A stretch of DNA of 32,000 nucleotides from Vulcanisaeta distributa DSM 14429 (lineage in GTDB: Archaea; Thermoproteota; Thermoprotei; Thermoproteales; Thermocladiaceae). Each line of letters begins with the position of its first letter. The stretch's first letter is position 1. The notes beneath the pieces were generated by a model that was not told the DNA's origin, made no database searches, and worked only from the letters and a program-made list of their open reading frames with translations. Positions 14,032 to 23,060 of this stretch are shown in pieces. The DNA is taken from NCBI RefSeq assembly GCF_000148385.1, contig NC_014537.1:540001-572000 (forward strand). Direction: 5' to 3'. A program made the translations under genes and the position numbers.

Positions 14032-15230
14032 TGGAGTTCGGCCCACCACTTCTTGAGGATTCCAGGAAGATAATGCTGCTGGGCAGTGGTGAATTGGGGA
14101 AGGAGATGGCCATTGAGGCCCAGCGCATGGGCGTTGAGGTCATCGCCGTGGATAGGTATGATATGGCCCCGGCGATGCACGTGGCCCATAGGAGGTACGT
14201 AATCAACATGCTTGATGGCAACGCCATAAAGGCCCTGGTGCGTAGGGAGGGTCCCGACGCCATAATCGCGGAGATAGAGGCCATAAACACGGAGGCGCTT
14301 ATCGAGCTTGAGGAGGAGGGCTTTAGGGTCATACCCAACGCCAGGGCTGTTAAAATCTGCATGAATAGGATTGAGCTTAGGAGGTTAGCCGCCGAGAAGC
14401 TCCGACTACCGACCACTAAGTACTTCTTCGCTGAGGATGCGGAGGACGTGAGGAGGGCATGTAAGGACCTGGGCTTTCCCTGCCTAATAAAGCCTGAGAT
14501 GAGCTCGAGCGGTCACGGCCACGTGCTGATCAGTAGCTATGAGGATGCTGAACGCGGGTTTAGGGAGGCCCTGGTCCACGCGAGGGGTGGCGGTAGGAGG
14601 GTCGTGGTTGAGGAGTACGTTAAAATCGATAGGGAGTTGACGGTATTAACGTATAGGTACCCACTGGGTGGTAATGCCGTAATAGCCACAATACCCCCAA
14701 TAGAGCACCAGAGGCCTGAGGGGATCTATCACTACGTGGAGTCCTGGCACCCAGCCACCGTGGGTGGTGACGTCGTTGAGAGGGCTAGGGAGTACGCCAT
14801 TAAGGTGGTTAATGAGTTGGGCGGCTTCGGTATATATGGAGTTGAAATACTCATCACCAAGGACGGCAGGATATTATTCAGCGAAGTGGCGCCTAGGCCC
14901 CACGACACGGGCCTAGTCACGTTGGTCAGCACGGACATAAACGAGTTCCAGATCCACGTGAGGAGCGCGCTGGGTCTGCCAACACCCGAGGTTAAGCTAG
15001 TGACGCCTGCAGCCGCCCACGTAATTCTCGCGGACACCGAGACCTGGACACCGAGAATTACTGGGCTAGAGGAGGCACTTAGGATACCGGGGGTCCAGGT
15101 TAGGCTATTCGGGAAGCCCTTCACCTATAGGCATAGGAGGATGGGCATTGTGCTAGCCACGGGGAATACCGTACAGGAGGCCAGGGAGAAGGCTAGATTG
15201 GCGGCATCACTGATTAAGGTTAGTAGATAA
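14031..15230 (+). CDS. purT: formate-dependent phosphoribosylglycinamide formyltransferase PurT
   Basis: It is close to the E. coli PurT sequence as I recall it: [51 protein letters not shown]...[10 protein letters not shown] chose ATG 14031, which overlaps the purQ TGA by 1 nt (tgATG). The track ORF starts at 13992. Confidence 0.9.
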   Translation: MEFGPPLLEDSRKIMLLGSGELGKEMAIEAQRMGVEVIAVDRYDMAPAMHVAHRRYVINMLDGNAIKALVRREGPDAIIAEIEAINTEALIELEEEGFRVIPNARAVKICMNRIELRRLAAEKLRLPTTKYFFAEDAEDVRRACKDLGFPCLIKPEMSSSGHGHVLISSYEDAERGFREALVHARGGGRRVVVEEYVKIDRELTVLTYRYPLGGNAVIATIPPIEHQRPEGIYHYVESWHPATVGGDVVERAREYAIKVVNELGGFGIYGVEILITKDGRILFSEVAPRPHDTGLVTLVSTDINEFQIHVRSALGLPTPEVKLVTPAAAHVILADTETWTPRITGLEEALRIPGVQVRLFGKPFTYRHRRMGIVLATGNTVQEAREKARLAASLIKVSR

Positions 15231-15279
15231 AAATTGGATATTTAGATATTTTTGAAGTTGAAACCAGGTACTCATTATT

Positions 15280-16701
15280 TTAAGAATCCCCTGAGAGCCT
15301 TAACGATATGTCCTCAAGCCCTAGCCCCTTCGTTTCGGGTATCAGAGTGAAGGTCAGCACGGCGCCTATCACTGAGACTAGGCCGAGGAATATGTAGGCC
15401 GTGTATGAACTGGCAACAAAGAGTGTTGGGAATACGAAGGTAGTTATTAGGACACCGGTTCTACCGCTAATGACATTGATTGCTTGCCCAATACCCCTAA
15501 TCTTTGTTGGGGAAAACTCGACACCGTGCGCTCCAACAGCAACTACTGAACCTGGCCCCATCTGCATCCAAGTCTTAGCGAGTCCAAAGGATATTATTGT
15601 GGGTAGAAACAGTAGTGCGGCGGCATTAGGGCTTCTGGAGTATGTGTAGACGAAGTATGAGAATATTAGGAATGTTAGGCCAGTGAGTAAGAAGCCGTAT
15701 CCCTGGGCATTGCGTCTACCCCATCTATCGAGTAGTAACCACGCTAGCACTATGCCGGGTAGTGTGAAGGCTGTGCCGAGTAATTGCAGGTAAACAGGGG
15801 TCATCTTGATGCTTTGTGCTATGTATGATACGAAGAAGTTCAGTCCATAGGCAGGTATGTCGAAGATTAACCATAGCAATGCACCAAGCGCTATGTACTT
15901 AAGGTATTTCCTAAATAGCATTATTTCCTCTGCCTCCTCGTGATTCAGGGTACCATGCTGGGGTTGGATATTGTAGTGAGCGCCAAATATAGCCATCATA
16001 AACCTCCTAAATTCCTCAAAGTTCTTGGCAATTATTACAGAGTACCTAGGAGTCTCTGGGAATCTTCTCCTTAGGTAAATAACGCCTGCCGGCCACACGG
16101 CACCAATGCCTAATGCAACCCTCCATATTAGGCCTGGGTTGAATCCTGCAATTAACATTATGAGCACGGCAATGGCCGCCACAGCTGATCCAAAAATCCA
16201 AAAACCGCCAAAACCAAGCGCCAATAACTTACCCCTATCCCTCGCATTCGATACCTCGGCGATTATGGTGGGAGATAGGACATAATCTGCACCCAGCCCA
16301 ATGCCCATAATGAACCTAGCCACGCCCAATAATATTAGATTGGGCATGAAGGGTTGAAATGCCGCACCTACGGCCATTAATAGTGCATCCCACCCGTAGA
16401 ATGTCTTTCTACCTAGATTACTCAGGTAACCAAACAGTGGTGCGCCCACGAAGAAGCCGAGCACGGGTAATGCGTTCAGCCATATTGACCAGAAAACCCC
16501 AGCTGGTGATTTCAGGCTTGATATTCCATAACTCATTAACACGTAGGGCAGCACAACACCTAATACTGTTAGGTCGTAACCATCAGTGAAGGTGCCCATG
16601 GCAGCCACTAACATGTACTTAAGGTGGAAGGATCTCATGCTTATGTCATCCAGTGGCTTAAAGGGGTTGTTGACCGTGTTCATCGGTTTTGATGATTGCA
16701 C
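15280..16701 (-). CDS. major facilitator superfamily transporter (sugar-porter or metabolite:H+ symporter-like), substrate unknown
   Basis: 473 aa with about 12 hydrophobic segments. It has the MFS N-terminal pattern FTDGYDLTVLGVVLPYV and the loop motifs GRKTFYGWD and DRWGRRNAQ. Confidence 0.8.
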   Translation of the reverse strand: MQSSKPMNTVNNPFKPLDDISMRSFHLKYMLVAAMGTFTDGYDLTVLGVVLPYVLMSYGISSLKSPAGVFWSIWLNALPVLGFFVGAPLFGYLSNLGRKTFYGWDALLMAVGAAFQPFMPNLILLGVARFIMGIGLGADYVLSPTIIAEVSNARDRGKLLALGFGGFWIFGSAVAAIAVLIMLIAGFNPGLIWRVALGIGAVWPAGVIYLRRRFPETPRYSVIIAKNFEEFRRFMMAIFGAHYNIQPQHGTLNHEEAEEIMLFRKYLKYIALGALLWLIFDIPAYGLNFFVSYIAQSIKMTPVYLQLLGTAFTLPGIVLAWLLLDRWGRRNAQGYGFLLTGLTFLIFSYFVYTYSRSPNAAALLFLPTIISFGLAKTWMQMGPGSVVAVGAHGVEFSPTKIRGIGQAINVISGRTGVLITTFVFPTLFVASSYTAYIFLGLVSVIGAVLTFTLIPETKGLGLEDISLRLSGDS

Positions 16702-17162
16702 GGAATTAATTTGACTTATGCCTGTAAAGTTAGTAACTAATGTATAACTTTATGTTACTATAGTTATCTACGTCTGACTATGTATTATTATGTTTTCGCT
16801 ATTTAATGGTGTTTCATGAAACAACAAATGGGTAGATAGTGCGTGGTTGATCATCAATGACCATTAACTGGGTTATACGGATTAAGTATTTGGTGAGGCT
16901 CACCGTTTAGAGGGAATGGAAATTGGCTGGAGAGGCAGGACTTTATTAAGGCATTAAAAGCGTGGAGCTGGGGGCTGGCTTAACGGTGAAGCCTAGCCAT
17001 TACCCCTGGAATACTTAAGGGGCAGGGCGTGTAATGAGGCAGGAGGCCCCACCATCCATGGTGTGGGTGGCTTACGGTTTGATTATGTTATTTAGTTTTA
17101 ATATAATTGGTGAAGGGACTTAATATATTATTACTGCGGTATGCACACTCGGTGGCGTACCC

Positions 17163-18638
17163 TTATGTGTAATCATATATCGTCACTTCACCGCCGGGTA
17201 CCCAGTCGATCCTCACCCTGCCCAGCCCATGGCTCCTCCTCCACCTATAGACAGTCCTGACCCGCTCAGCCTCCCGCATCCTCCTCTCGAGCAATTCCCT
17301 GCTCCCTATGTCTCGCCTATGTATTAATTGCCAGTCTGGTGACTTAATATTGGCAATGCAATTCTCAACCCTCTCATGCGTCTCCTCATACGTATTGCCT
17401 ACGGCGAGGACCTCGACGGCTCTAGAACCCAGGGTTCTGTAGGTCCCGCCCTCCTCAGTAACCGAACCAAAGTATACCTCGCAGCCCAATCTCCCTATTT
17501 CACCCATGTCTATGGTTATTGACCTCCCGCGTGCCAAGTCCCTATTATGTGGGTATCCCAGGGGCGCCACTGCCTTAGATATCGCCACGACGCCCTCCTT
17601 AAATGAGTACTTAACGCTTGATAACTTGCCCTCCACAGCCGCCTCAATGATTTCGAGTAAATCGCCATCCAGCATCGCCAGTGCATTGAGGACTTCGGGA
17701 TCGCCGAACCTGCTATAGTACTCAATTAGTGTCGGTCCGTATGTCGTGAGCATGAATTGACCGCTCAATACACCGACGTACCTAAGCCCCACCTCGTGTT
17801 GTAGTGCGTCCAGCGTCTTCCTGACTATCTCGATGCTCTCCTCGTACTCCTCCTGGGTTATGAATGGTAATGATGGCCCTGGACCCACTATGGCGCCCAT
17901 CCCACCGCACTCGGGGCCTATGTCGTGGTCGAACACGTGTGGGTGGTCCTGAATTGGTGGTAGGGCTATGATGGATCTACCGTCACTGATCACCTGCACC
18001 GTGTATTCAACCCCGGTTACCGCCTCCTCGACCACTATTAGGTCGTCAATATCGCCGTAGGCCTTAACGTCGCTTGATGCCGCGATTACCTGGGACATCT
18101 TGGCCTTATTAACGCCGTCCTTTAGGTAGGCCTGCCTATCCCAGAAGACCCTGACGCCCTTACCACCGCTTTGCCTGGCGGGTTTTATCGCGACGGAGCC
18201 CGCGTTGGACACGTAGCGCAGCGCCTCGTCGATGTCCCTAAACGCCCTAAAGGCGATCCTACCCGGTATTCTGTGTCTCCACATCAAGGCCCTGGCAAAG
18301 GCCTTGCTCTGCTCTATGATGGCCAATGACCTGGGCACACCGAAGGTGGGTATGCCGAGTTCGATGGCCTTATCAGCGACACCCGCGAATTGCGGTTCCT
18401 CCGGGCCGATCACCACTATGTCAGGATTAACCCTATCAATGGCCTTCACCAAGCCACTGGGGTCCAGCCTCGACCTCACCAATTCGCCCCCAGTCCTCTC
18501 CACAACCCTTTTAATCCCTGGATTCTCATGGGCCACCAACGCGCTTACCCTAGGCTCATGAACACTCAGGCTGAGCCTTACAGCCAGTGCGTGCTCCCTA
18601 GCCCCATCACCCACTATTAGGACCTTACTCCTTATCAT
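17163..18638 (-). CDS. purD: phosphoribosylamine-glycine ligase PurD, with a C-terminal extension
   Basis: 491 aa with KVLIVGDGAREHALAVRL, an ATP-grasp core and the terminal HRRDIG block. About 45 further residues, rich in Arg and Trp, follow that block. Confidence 0.9.
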   Translation of the reverse strand: MIRSKVLIVGDGAREHALAVRLSLSVHEPRVSALVAHENPGIKRVVERTGGELVRSRLDPSGLVKAIDRVNPDIVVIGPEEPQFAGVADKAIELGIPTFGVPRSLAIIEQSKAFARALMWRHRIPGRIAFRAFRDIDEALRYVSNAGSVAIKPARQSGGKGVRVFWDRQAYLKDGVNKAKMSQVIAASSDVKAYGDIDDLIVVEEAVTGVEYTVQVISDGRSIIALPPIQDHPHVFDHDIGPECGGMGAIVGPGPSLPFITQEEYEESIEIVRKTLDALQHEVGLRYVGVLSGQFMLTTYGPTLIEYYSRFGDPEVLNALAMLDGDLLEIIEAAVEGKLSSVKYSFKEGVVAISKAVAPLGYPHNRDLARGRSITIDMGEIGRLGCEVYFGSVTEEGGTYRTLGSRAVEVLAVGNTYEETHERVENCIANIKSPDWQLIHRRDIGSRELLERRMREAERVRTVYRWRRSHGLGRVRIDWVPGGEVTIYDYT

Positions 18639-18653
18639 AATTAATTAAACAAT
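18637..18653. promoter_or_regulatory. 17-nt repeat copy 1 (ataattaattaaacaat), containing TTAAACAAT
   Basis: Identical to 18719-18735. It abuts and overlaps the purD start codon (18638-18636) and lies between the purD start and its putative TATA box (around 18664-18671). Confidence 0.4.
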
Positions 18654-18718
18654 TACGTCACCCCTTAATAATTGTTTTCCTTAAATTATTCAATTAAATA
18701 ATTAAACATATTGTTCAA

Positions 18719-18735
18719 ATAATTAATTAAACAAT
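18719..18735. promoter_or_regulatory. 17-nt repeat copy 2 (ataattaattaaacaat), containing TTAAACAAT
   Basis: Perfect direct repeat of 18637-18653, 82 bp away, in the purD/purC divergent spacer. Confidence 0.4.
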
Positions 18736-18772
18736 GTAGGGAGAGAACCACGGTATTATACAGGGTATATAT

Positions 18773-18781
18773 TTAAACAAT
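18773..18781 (+). promoter_or_regulatory. third TTAAACAAT copy in the purD/purC spacer, immediately upstream of the purC TATA box
   Basis: Exact 9-mer. The purC TATA-like ccttaaataa lies at 18790-18799, 28 nt before ATG 18823. Confidence 0.4.
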
Positions 18782-18822
18782 TAAGTAAACCTTAAATAAC
18801 CAGAACCAAACCTAGACTAGGT

Positions 18823-19542
18823 ATGGTTGATAACTGGGTTGGTGAGTTAATTTATGAGGGTAAAGCTAAGAGGGTTTACAAGGTTAACGATGAGCTCCTC
18901 ATCATGGAGTTTAAGGATGAGGTCACGGCATTCGACGGCGCCAGGAAGGAGCATGCCCCAGGTAAAGGTAGGCTGGCCGCGGCTCAAACGGTCTTCTTCA
19001 TGCAATTACTGGGTAAGTATGGCATTAGGAATCACCTGGTTGATTGGGATGGTGATAGGAAAATACTGGTTAAGAGCCTTAGGATGATACCGATAGAGGT
19101 TATCGTTAGGAACTACGCCTATGGTTCATTCCTAAAGAGGATGCCCCTGGTGAAACCACTGACGAAGTTTAGGAAGCCCCTTGTCGAGTTTCACTTGAAG
19201 AGTGATGAGCTTCATGACCCATTGATAACCACGGACGACATAATAGAGGCGGGCCTCGTAAATTATGGGCAATTGAATGAAATAATAAACACCGCGTTGA
19301 GGGTTAACTCAATACTCAGCGAGTTCATGGCGAGTAGGGGGCTCACGCTCGTGGACTTCAAGCTGGAGTTCGGCTTCGATAAGTCAGGCAACATCGTCCT
19401 AGCAGATGAAATCAGTGGCGATACCATGAGGATTCTAATCAACGGCAGGCACCTGGACAAGGAGTTGTTTAGGAAGGGTGCCTCAGCCCTGGACCTGGTT
19501 AGGGCCTATGAGGAGATGAATAGATTGCTTAATATACCCTAA
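18823..19542 (+). CDS. purC: phosphoribosylaminoimidazole-succinocarboxamide synthase PurC
   Basis: 239 aa with LIYEGKAKRVYKV, the SAICAR synthetase pattern IPIEVIVRNYAYGS, and LADEISGDTMR. Confidence 0.9.
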   Translation: MVDNWVGELIYEGKAKRVYKVNDELLIMEFKDEVTAFDGARKEHAPGKGRLAAAQTVFFMQLLGKYGIRNHLVDWDGDRKILVKSLRMIPIEVIVRNYAYGSFLKRMPLVKPLTKFRKPLVEFHLKSDELHDPLITTDDIIEAGLVNYGQLNEIINTALRVNSILSEFMASRGLTLVDFKLEFGFDKSGNIVLADEISGDTMRILINGRHLDKELFRKGASALDLVRAYEEMNRLLNIP

Positions 19543-20540
19543 AGGCGTAGCTTAACGCCATTCGGCATCAAAATGCTGATACCGCCACTACTAGTGACCT
19601 TACCAAGGACCCAGTAATTAAATCCTGCCTCCCTAATCACACTGGTCACCTCCCCGACCTGCCCCTCGCTCGTTAAGACCATGAGCCCAACACCCATGTT
19701 AAACACCCTGTACATCTCATCCCACCCAACGTTGCCCACCTCCTTAATCACCCTGAATATGCACGGCGGTTCAGGGACCTCAAGCTCAACCCCCAATTCA
19801 CCAATGGCTCTCCTTAATTTAGTGAATCCTCCCCCAGTCACGTGCACTGCGGCCTTAATCAACCCACGGCCATAGAGCTTAGTTAAAAGGTCGCCATAAT
19901 AGGCCGTAGGCCTCAGTAACCAATTACCCAACTCATCACCGCAAATCTCATCATTCACGCCATACCTACCCAGGAGGACCTTACGGGCAAGGGTATACCC
20001 ATTCATGTGTAGGCCGTTTGATTCAATGCCAATGACCACATCGCCAGGCGCGGCGTTACCCACGGCTCTGACCCTCCTTATCCCAAGTACTGTGCAGGAC
20101 ACATCAATGCCATTAACTAGGTCGGGCATTATGGCCGTCTCGCCACCCAGCAGCACAGCCCCAACCCTAAGGGCCGCATCCCTAATGCCCCTGAGCACCT
20201 TGCCCACGGCGTCAGCGTCATTGCTGGATATGGCTATGTAGTCCGTGAGCGCCATTGGTGAGAAGCCGTCGCAGGCGATGTCGTTGACGTTGCCGACGAC
20301 GCAGTCCCAGCCAATGACCTCGAGCCTGCCCGTGGACCAGGCAACCATTGATTTAGTGCCGACGCCATCCGTGTGGAGGGTTACTTCGTAATTGCCCAGG
20401 TTAATTGACCTGGTAAAGCCGCCCTCCACCAACCCAATGCCCAGCTCGTTGGAGAGTTCGTGAATCACCTCGCGGGCTATCGAGTGCATTTCCCAATGCT
20501 TGGCCAGGCTTATCCCAGCCTTCTCATAGGTCCAGCCCAT
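19539..20540 (-). CDS. purM: phosphoribosylformylglycinamidine cyclo-ligase (AIR synthase) PurM
   Basis: Contains HTDGVGTKS and GGETAIMP blocks and GVNDEICG. I prefer ATG 20540 (MGWTYEKAGISL...) over the track start at 20582. It overlaps the upstream purF-like gene by 17 nt. Confidence 0.9.
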   Translation of the reverse strand: MGWTYEKAGISLAKHWEMHSIAREVIHELSNELGIGLVEGGFTRSINLGNYEVTLHTDGVGTKSMVAWSTGRLEVIGWDCVVGNVNDIACDGFSPMALTDYIAISSNDADAVGKVLRGIRDAALRVGAVLLGGETAIMPDLVNGIDVSCTVLGIRRVRAVGNAAPGDVVIGIESNGLHMNGYTLARKVLLGRYGVNDEICGDELGNWLLRPTAYYGDLLTKLYGRGLIKAAVHVTGGGFTKLRRAIGELGVELEVPEPPCIFRVIKEVGNVGWDEMYRVFNMGVGLMVLTSEGQVGEVTSVIREAGFNYWVLGKVTSSGGISILMPNGVKLRL

Positions 20541-21750
20541 GCGCACCACCGAAGCAGTATGTGCATAGGCTATCCCTACCAATGCCCACCTCGTCAGCCG
20601 CCTCGTACAGGTCCTCGAGGCTTAACCACGTCAGTGAATCAACCTCAAGCACCCTCTGGGCGTTCTCGTCATTGAAGGCATTGGCTAGTAATTGATTGTT
20701 GGGCGGCATGTCGACACCGTAGGGGCAGGACCTGACGACCTTCGGGCTGGCTATCGCCACGTGAACCTCGCTCACGCCAGCCCTGTGCCTAAGGACCTGG
20801 GACGCCTCCTTAATGGATAGTCCAGTGAGTAATGAGTCGTCAATAAGTAGGACCCTCCTACCACTGACGGCGCTTGTGACTGGGCTGAGCTTTAGGTGGA
20901 TGGAGGATAACTTATCGAGTAATTCCCTCCTTAAAGCCGATCTACGCCTCTCGATATTAATGAGGGCGTACTCAAAGGGCTTCCTTAATGACTCGGCGAC
21001 CTTAATGCCGTAGATCACCCCAGTCTCGGGCATGCCTATGACGATGTCCACATCGTCAACCCTGCCCATTAATCTACCCGCCAACTTGACCGCCAACGCC
21101 CTCCTAAACTCATAAATTGGGTGCCCATCAAACACCGAGTCAGGCCTTGATAGGTATATGAATTCCATGGCGCATAGCATACCCCTGGAACCGCCTGGGC
21201 CCTCCTGTATTGTTAGGTTCAACCTGCTGATCCTAACCGTGGATCCAGGCCTGATGAACGTCCTTACGTCACCGCCAAGCGCGTCAATGGCCGAGCTCTC
21301 GTTCGATACCATGGCCAGGTCGAAGCCGTACGCGCCAATGGCCAAGCCCCTCAACCCAGTGATGGGCCTATGCGCAATTAATTCACCGTCACTCGTCAGG
21401 GCCACCAGCGATGTGTATGGGAAGGCCTTAACCTCACCATTAATCAGCCTGCACACGTCCTGCGGCCTCACGATTAAGCCCTCGAGGCAGTACGCAACGT
21501 CTGCGTGGCCGCACCTCACGATGCCCCTGGCATCACCATCAGTGCCGAGGCATAGTAGGCCGGCTTCACCACTCGGTATTTGATCCTCATCCCTAACCTG
21601 GCGCCCGGTTAATACGCCACCTTTACCGAGCGTTACTGCCCACGCATCATCACCCCTATGTCTAAGTACGGGCAGGGCGTACCTCAGTATCTCACCCACG
21701 TCCCAGCCGTCGTGGAATGACACAACGCCGATGACCCCCGCGACTACCAC
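20524..21750 (-). CDS. amidophosphoribosyltransferase paralog with a degenerate glutaminase (Ntn) domain
   Basis: 408 aa with a GTG start: MVVAGVIGVV.... Ala occupies the position of the obligatory N-terminal Cys of PurF (MCGI-x-G). The HRGQEG, ARYSTSG and FNGxITN blocks are degenerate (RHRGDDAW etc.). The PRTase half is retained (VLLIDDSLLTGLS), as are the Fe-S Cys pattern positions (LCAMEF, SCPYG, CTYC). Confidence 0.75.
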   Translation of the reverse strand: MVVAGVIGVVSFHDGWDVGEILRYALPVLRHRGDDAWAVTLGKGGVLTGRQVRDEDQIPSGEAGLLCLGTDGDARGIVRCGHADVAYCLEGLIVRPQDVCRLINGEVKAFPYTSLVALTSDGELIAHRPITGLRGLAIGAYGFDLAMVSNESSAIDALGGDVRTFIRPGSTVRISRLNLTIQEGPGGSRGMLCAMEFIYLSRPDSVFDGHPIYEFRRALAVKLAGRLMGRVDDVDIVIGMPETGVIYGIKVAESLRKPFEYALINIERRRSALRRELLDKLSSIHLKLSPVTSAVSGRRVLLIDDSLLTGLSIKEASQVLRHRAGVSEVHVAIASPKVVRSCPYGVDMPPNNQLLANAFNDENAQRVLEVDSLTWLSLEDLYEAADEVGIGRDSLCTYCFGGAHGLDL

Positions 21751-23060
21751 GATCTACCACCCGTGAACGCCTTTTCGGCATCGTCAATGTTCACAGTAAA
21801 TGGGTAATTACCCGTGAAGCAGGCGGTGCAGAGCTCGGTGGTTCCTATGGCGTCCATGAGCTCATCAACCGTTAGGTATACTAGGGAGTTCGCGCCGAGG
21901 TACTCCCTAACCTCGTCTATCGACCTCCCATGGGCCACTAACTCGCGCCTTGTTGGGAAGTCCATGCCCATGAAGCACGGGTACCTAATGGGTGGTGAGG
22001 AGACCCTAACGTGTATAGCCCTCGCACCTGAAGCCCTTAGTTTTGGAAGGATCTTCCTGAGGGTATCGCCCCTAATAATTGAATCATCGACTAGGGCTAC
22101 GGACGCACCCCTAACGGCGCTCTTAACCACCCCGTACATGTCCAGGGACCTCTCCCCAGGAGGCTTAATGAATCCGCGGCCTGCGTACCTATTCTTAACC
22201 ACCAATTCATGTATTGGCTTACCAATGCCACTCGCGTAGGCCTCCGCCGCTATCCTGGCGGTCTCGGGTATTGGAGATACGAAGTCGATGTCGTGAACCG
22301 CCTCCTTACGGGCCAGTGCCATGCCGAGCCTACGCCTGGCCTCGTAAACGCTGATCCCATTGAACTGGGAATCTGGCCTGAGGAAGTATATGTACTCAAG
22401 CGCGCAGTAGGCCCTCCTAACCCTGGGCCCGTCGACCCAGTACTCCCTACCTGATCCACGAAGCACGAGGGCCTTACCCGGCTCAACCTCACGCCAAGCC
22501 ATGCCAAGGGCCTCCAGTGCCGCTGATTCCGAGGCTATGGCTATGCCATTACCATCACCGCCAATGACAAGGGGCCTAAAGCCCCAGGGGTCCCTAACCA
22601 CTATTAATGAGTCCCTCCAAATGGCTATTATTGAGTAACCACCACGTACTGTGCGGAATAGCTCGCGGATTCCATCATCAACGCCCAACCTAACTAATAG
22701 CTCCCTCATGTAGTGGGCTAGAACTAATGCGTCGTAGTTAACACCAACGTCAACCCCGAGACCCCTCAATACCCTGATTAAGTCGACGTAGTTAGTTATT
22801 GTGCCGTTGAACACCAGGGCAAAGTCATTACCAAGCACTATTGGCTGGAGCTCTACGCCGTACGGGCCACTTGTGCTGTACCTGGCGTGCCCGAGGCATA
22901 GCGTTGAGGCTACCGTGGAGGCGTCGCCCACCTTCATGAACGAGCCATTCACACGGCACACGAACGAGACACCTTCCTGACCTCTGTGGATTAGCCATGG
23001 GGTTAGCTTAACCACGTAATTACCTGCATTGTGGCCTAGGAATGCCCATATGCCGCACAT
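21744..23060 (-). CDS. purF: amidophosphoribosyltransferase PurF (canonical)
   Basis: Starts MCGIWAFLG at ATG 23060 (the track ORF starts 5 codons earlier). Contains HRGQEGVSF, LGHARYSTSG, VFNGTITN, VALVDDSIIRGDT and Cys ligands (YCALEY, YPCFMG, CTACF). Its ATG overlaps the purL TGA (TGATG). Confidence 0.9.
   Translation of the reverse strand: MCGIWAFLGHNAGNYVVKLTPWLIHRGQEGVSFVCRVNGSFMKVGDASTVASTLCLGHARYSTSGPYGVELQPIVLGNDFALVFNGTITNYVDLIRVLRGLGVDVGVNYDALVLAHYMRELLVRLGVDDGIRELFRTVRGGYSIIAIWRDSLIVVRDPWGFRPLVIGGDGNGIAIASESAALEALGMAWREVEPGKALVLRGSGREYWVDGPRVRRAYCALEYIYFLRPDSQFNGISVYEARRRLGMALARKEAVHDIDFVSPIPETARIAAEAYASGIGKPIHELVVKNRYAGRGFIKPPGERSLDMYGVVKSAVRGASVALVDDSIIRGDTLRKILPKLRASGARAIHVRVSSPPIRYPCFMGMDFPTRRELVAHGRSIDEVREYLGANSLVYLTVDELMDAIGTTELCTACFTGNYPFTVNIDDAEKAFTGGRSW

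Noticed and set aside
16845-16865. Reverse-strand TGATGA word (C-box-like) upstream of the MFS gene.
   Set aside because: No D' box, C' box or D box follows at the proper spacing, so this is a chance hexamer.
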